DNA of 62,215 nucleotides, the filler included, from Basidioascus undulatus (taxonomy: Eukaryota): the NCBI GenBank assembly GCA_000826855.1. It is 10 parts of 10 records of this genome, joined end to end, with 100 filler letters (N's around TTAATTAATTAA, not from the genome) between each part and the next. Parts side by side here need not be neighbours in the genome. Positions count along the whole stretch, not along the records: positions 58,026 to 60,070 come from JTLS01002969.1; positions 60,171 to 62,215 come from JTLS01002970.1; 8 more parts are not named here. One strand, written 5' to 3'. The position numbers were made by a program, and so were the translations under genes. Numbering within the stretch: position 1 is the first letter of the stretch; every line of letters begins with the position of its first letter. Positions 59,498 to 62,215 of this stretch are shown in pieces. The notes beneath the pieces were generated by a model. It was not told the origin of the DNA. It did not search any database and saw only the letters and a list, made by a program, of their open reading frames with translations.

Positions 59498-59813
59498 AGC
59501 AATATGTCGCTTTCGATGCCCTGAAAAGAAGCTTTCGGCGTCCTGCAGGCAGGCTTTCTCCTGGTTGAGTTCGTTAAGCCAGATATAAACCTGTACATCC
59601 CACGGCGGTATTTACTCCAAATAAAGGGCCTATTGCGGCGTTACTGTTGATGATACACTACCTGCTTTCCGTTCGCCGAGACCGAGATCACCTTTCCCTG
59701 TCGGCCTTCCCCGACGACGCTATCTTGCGGAGACGACGCGACTCCACAATCCGAAGCCTGCGCAGATTCAAACGTATCGAAATAACAATCTTTTAAGTAT
59801 TACCAGGGTCTGT

Positions 59814-60070
59814 ATGCCAAGCGTAACAGTCTACGATGCAGCGAGCGACGAGTTTCGGTCCGGTGCACCGGCGCCGTCGCCTTTCACCTTCAGTCGCCGC
59901 CGCCGCACTCTATTATTGACCATCACCATCCCGGCCTTGCTGTTCTGCCTAACCTCCCCTTTCCGTCCTCTGCCCTTCTTTGACATTCCCTCGTACAAGC
60001 CCCATCCGCCAGCCATTCCGGCTGCGGATGCATCCCCTCCTCCTTTCTTCTTGCGGGCTCCGGTGGCCGG
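59814..60070 (+). CDS. 5' end of a hypothetical type II membrane/secretory-pathway protein
   Basis: MPSVTVYD...RRRRTLLLTITIPALLFCL, open to the contig end. Confidence 0.45.
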
Positions 60071-60170
60071 NNNNNNNNNNNNNNNNNNNNNNNNNNNNNN
60101 NNNNNNNNNNNNNNTTAATTAATTAANNNNNNNNNNNNNNNNNNNNNNNNNNNNNNNNNNNNNNNNNNNN

Positions 60171-61205
60171 CGCCCCGCCGATCCACCGCCCCCTCCTCTT
60201 CCCGCCCACCTCCAACGGCCCCTTCACCGCCTTCCCCCTCCGCCCCGACGTGCCCCTCTACGCCGCGTCGTACGGCGCGCACGGCGTCGAGGTCCTCGCG
60301 CTCCGGGAGCGCGAGCTCACGGAGGAGGACTTTGCGGATGAGTGGGCGTGGGAGGGTCACCTCGGCGACGGCGATGCGCGCACGCAGGAGCGGCATTTGG
60401 GCCCGTGGGATTCGGGGAGGTGGGTCGGCGTGAGAGATAGAGTCGATAGAAGTCGGGTCAGGCCGGGCGCTAGAGTGCTCGAGGCTGTAAAGGTGCGTTG
60501 TGTTATCCTTTCACTTGCTTCGTAGTTGTACGCTTACAGTAGCCCCTCCTCCGCAGGTTACTGGCGACCTCAACGTCCCGCGGTTCGTCCTTCCCCACCG
60601 CCCCCACACCTTCTCTGTTACCATCTTTTTCATACACTCCCTTACATTCTCCAGCACTCTTCCTCTAAACGCCTTCTAAACTTCCTTCCCTCCCCCATCC
60701 CCAACAGCGGCCAGATCTCCTTTCGCGTCTTCCTCTCCCAACCGCTCTCCGTGCCCTCCTCGCCGCCGTCCTCTTCTCCCTCCAGCCCCACCTCCGACTC
60801 CCCGTACTCCTCCGTTCCTCACGACCATACCCCACCGTGGCCAATCCCCTGTCCCGCGCGGACAAGGGGCGTGACTTACCCCGCCCACGGGCGCGTGGCC
60901 GAGACGGTTCGACTGTTTCTCCATGCTTCACCTCTCACCTCTCTTCGCAATAATGCTCATCTTCCCCACGACTAACGTCCACCCCTCCCCCGTCCGCGCA
61001 GGGCTTCACCGACCCCGACTGGACGCCTGCGCTCGTGCACGTGGAAGGCTCCGACGTGTCCGAGAGCCTTGGGGAACAGAGGAAAGGCGGGGACGAGGGC
61101 CGTATCAGCGTGTGGTGGTTGGACTTGGGGTGTGTTACGGTGCTGAGGCGACTGAGGTGGGAGGACGTGGTGAGAGGGGATGGAGAGGTGGAGGACGAGG
61201 GGTAA
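60171..61205 (+). CDS. DUF3506 (Cyclin_D1_bind) domain protein, 3' part
   Basis: Spliced LYAASYGAHGVEVL...VLEAVK/VTGDLNVP/GQISFR...HGRVAE/GFTDPDW...ISVWW, matching the YGxHG / KxTGDxNVP / GF..P.W pattern of this domain. Confidence 0.78.
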
Positions 61206-62215
61206 GGACGAAATATTGATTTTCGAAGAAAGTGGACGTGCATGCATCGAGCGGATATTCTTTGACTGAAATTGGATGTTTCTGGAACGCAGGAATATAG
61301 TAAGGATCGCTTGTGAGGGAAGTGCTGGGCGCTGAAAACGACGAAGAACAGTCCTTGAGCAACGCTGCGTCCACTCAGCACAATATATACAATGAACCGC
61401 CCTCTTAGAGCACAATCGCCAGAATAGCGAGGAATGGCATGCTCACCGCCGACAAATCCTCCGCTGTCGAATTCTGGTATTTCGCACACTTCACGCCTCC
61501 GAGCACTCCAGTGGTTCAGGTGTGTCCTCCAGAAGGACCTTCCGGAATGATACCGCATGCTGTCGGCGACTCTGTAGGCAGTCAAGCAGATTGCGGACGT
61601 GTCTTGCGATGGCTTGGTGAGTAGCCCGAGTCCATCGACTAATCTCAACATCACGCTAGCCAAGTATTCCTAATTTGAATTTTGTGGGAAACCTCATCAA
61701 GCTCAAGGGATCTGATCAGAACGGCGCAGCGGAAAATGTGATAAGGGCTAGACAACGACAAGCGACCCTCGGCAATCTGCTGGAGCTCTTGTCCAGACAA
61801 AACCTACTACCCCTCTGATAGCACGACACCAGTCAGCTCGAAGGCGAAAGGCGAGCTTTGTCAAAGCTCACACTTGACATGTTTCGGGAGTTGCTCTTCC
61901 CACTTTTTCTGCGCGGCTTGCATTGCCTTCACGACGTCAAGGACGGCGGCCATCGGAAGATCCATACATCGCAGCGATAACCTCTTGTTGCTCATGGTGC
62001 GCAGCAAGCATTTGAGATCGAAGGTTGTTGCTGGGTTGAAGTGTATCCCTTCTACTACGTGGTTTCTGTAGTAGCTCCACCTGAGCGTCTATCAGGCACT
62101 GACCATTTGTTGATGTAAGTCCACTGATATCCTGAAATTTTTGGAACACTCAAGATTGAGCGTATTTCTGAGAGTGTTCGGATGGCGGTCCCAGCACGAG
62201 TGCAACGCCTGAGCC

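Noticed and set aside
22582..60170. Regularly spaced TTAATTAATTAA palindromes resembling a repeat array
   Set aside because: Always embedded in N44 blocks; an assembly linker with six-frame stops, not biological.
59814..61205. Apparent TM-anchored DUF3506 fusion protein across the gap
   Set aside because: The two parts are on separate, probably unlinked contigs.

Overview
Eukaryotic DNA from a GC-rich, intron-dense fungus (basidiomycete, probably Pucciniomycotina; an inference from protein style and ~50-90 nt GT-AG introns). The window is not one locus. It is ten pieces joined by nine identical 100-nt spacers (N44-TTAATTAATTAA-N44): two pieces of ~22 kb and eight of 2045-2053 nt in descending size, so adjacency across a spacer is probably artificial. 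Recognisable genes: TauD/JLP1-type dioxygenase, a Clr4/DIM-5-like SET protein, NDUFAF7-type methyltransferase, aldehyde dehydrogenase, HRD1, AIM41, RPL12, an LYR protein, SGS1, a FIST-like protein, YKT6 and LOS1, plus contig-truncated DUF1295, spermidine-synthase-like, GPI2, Zn-ADH, PEP12-like and DUF3506 genes and a glucosidase II alpha pseudogene. The most striking signal is a tRNA at 28974-29036 whose 3' half lies upstream of its 5' half, separated by 1 nt: a candidate circularly permuted tRNA gene, which I do not know of in fungi. It lies at a contig end and needs read-level confirmation. Other notable items: an RPL12 start codon isolated on an 8-nt micro-exon and a ~1-kb CpG-free tract. 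Gene coordinates are start-to-stop spans including introns, read by eye.
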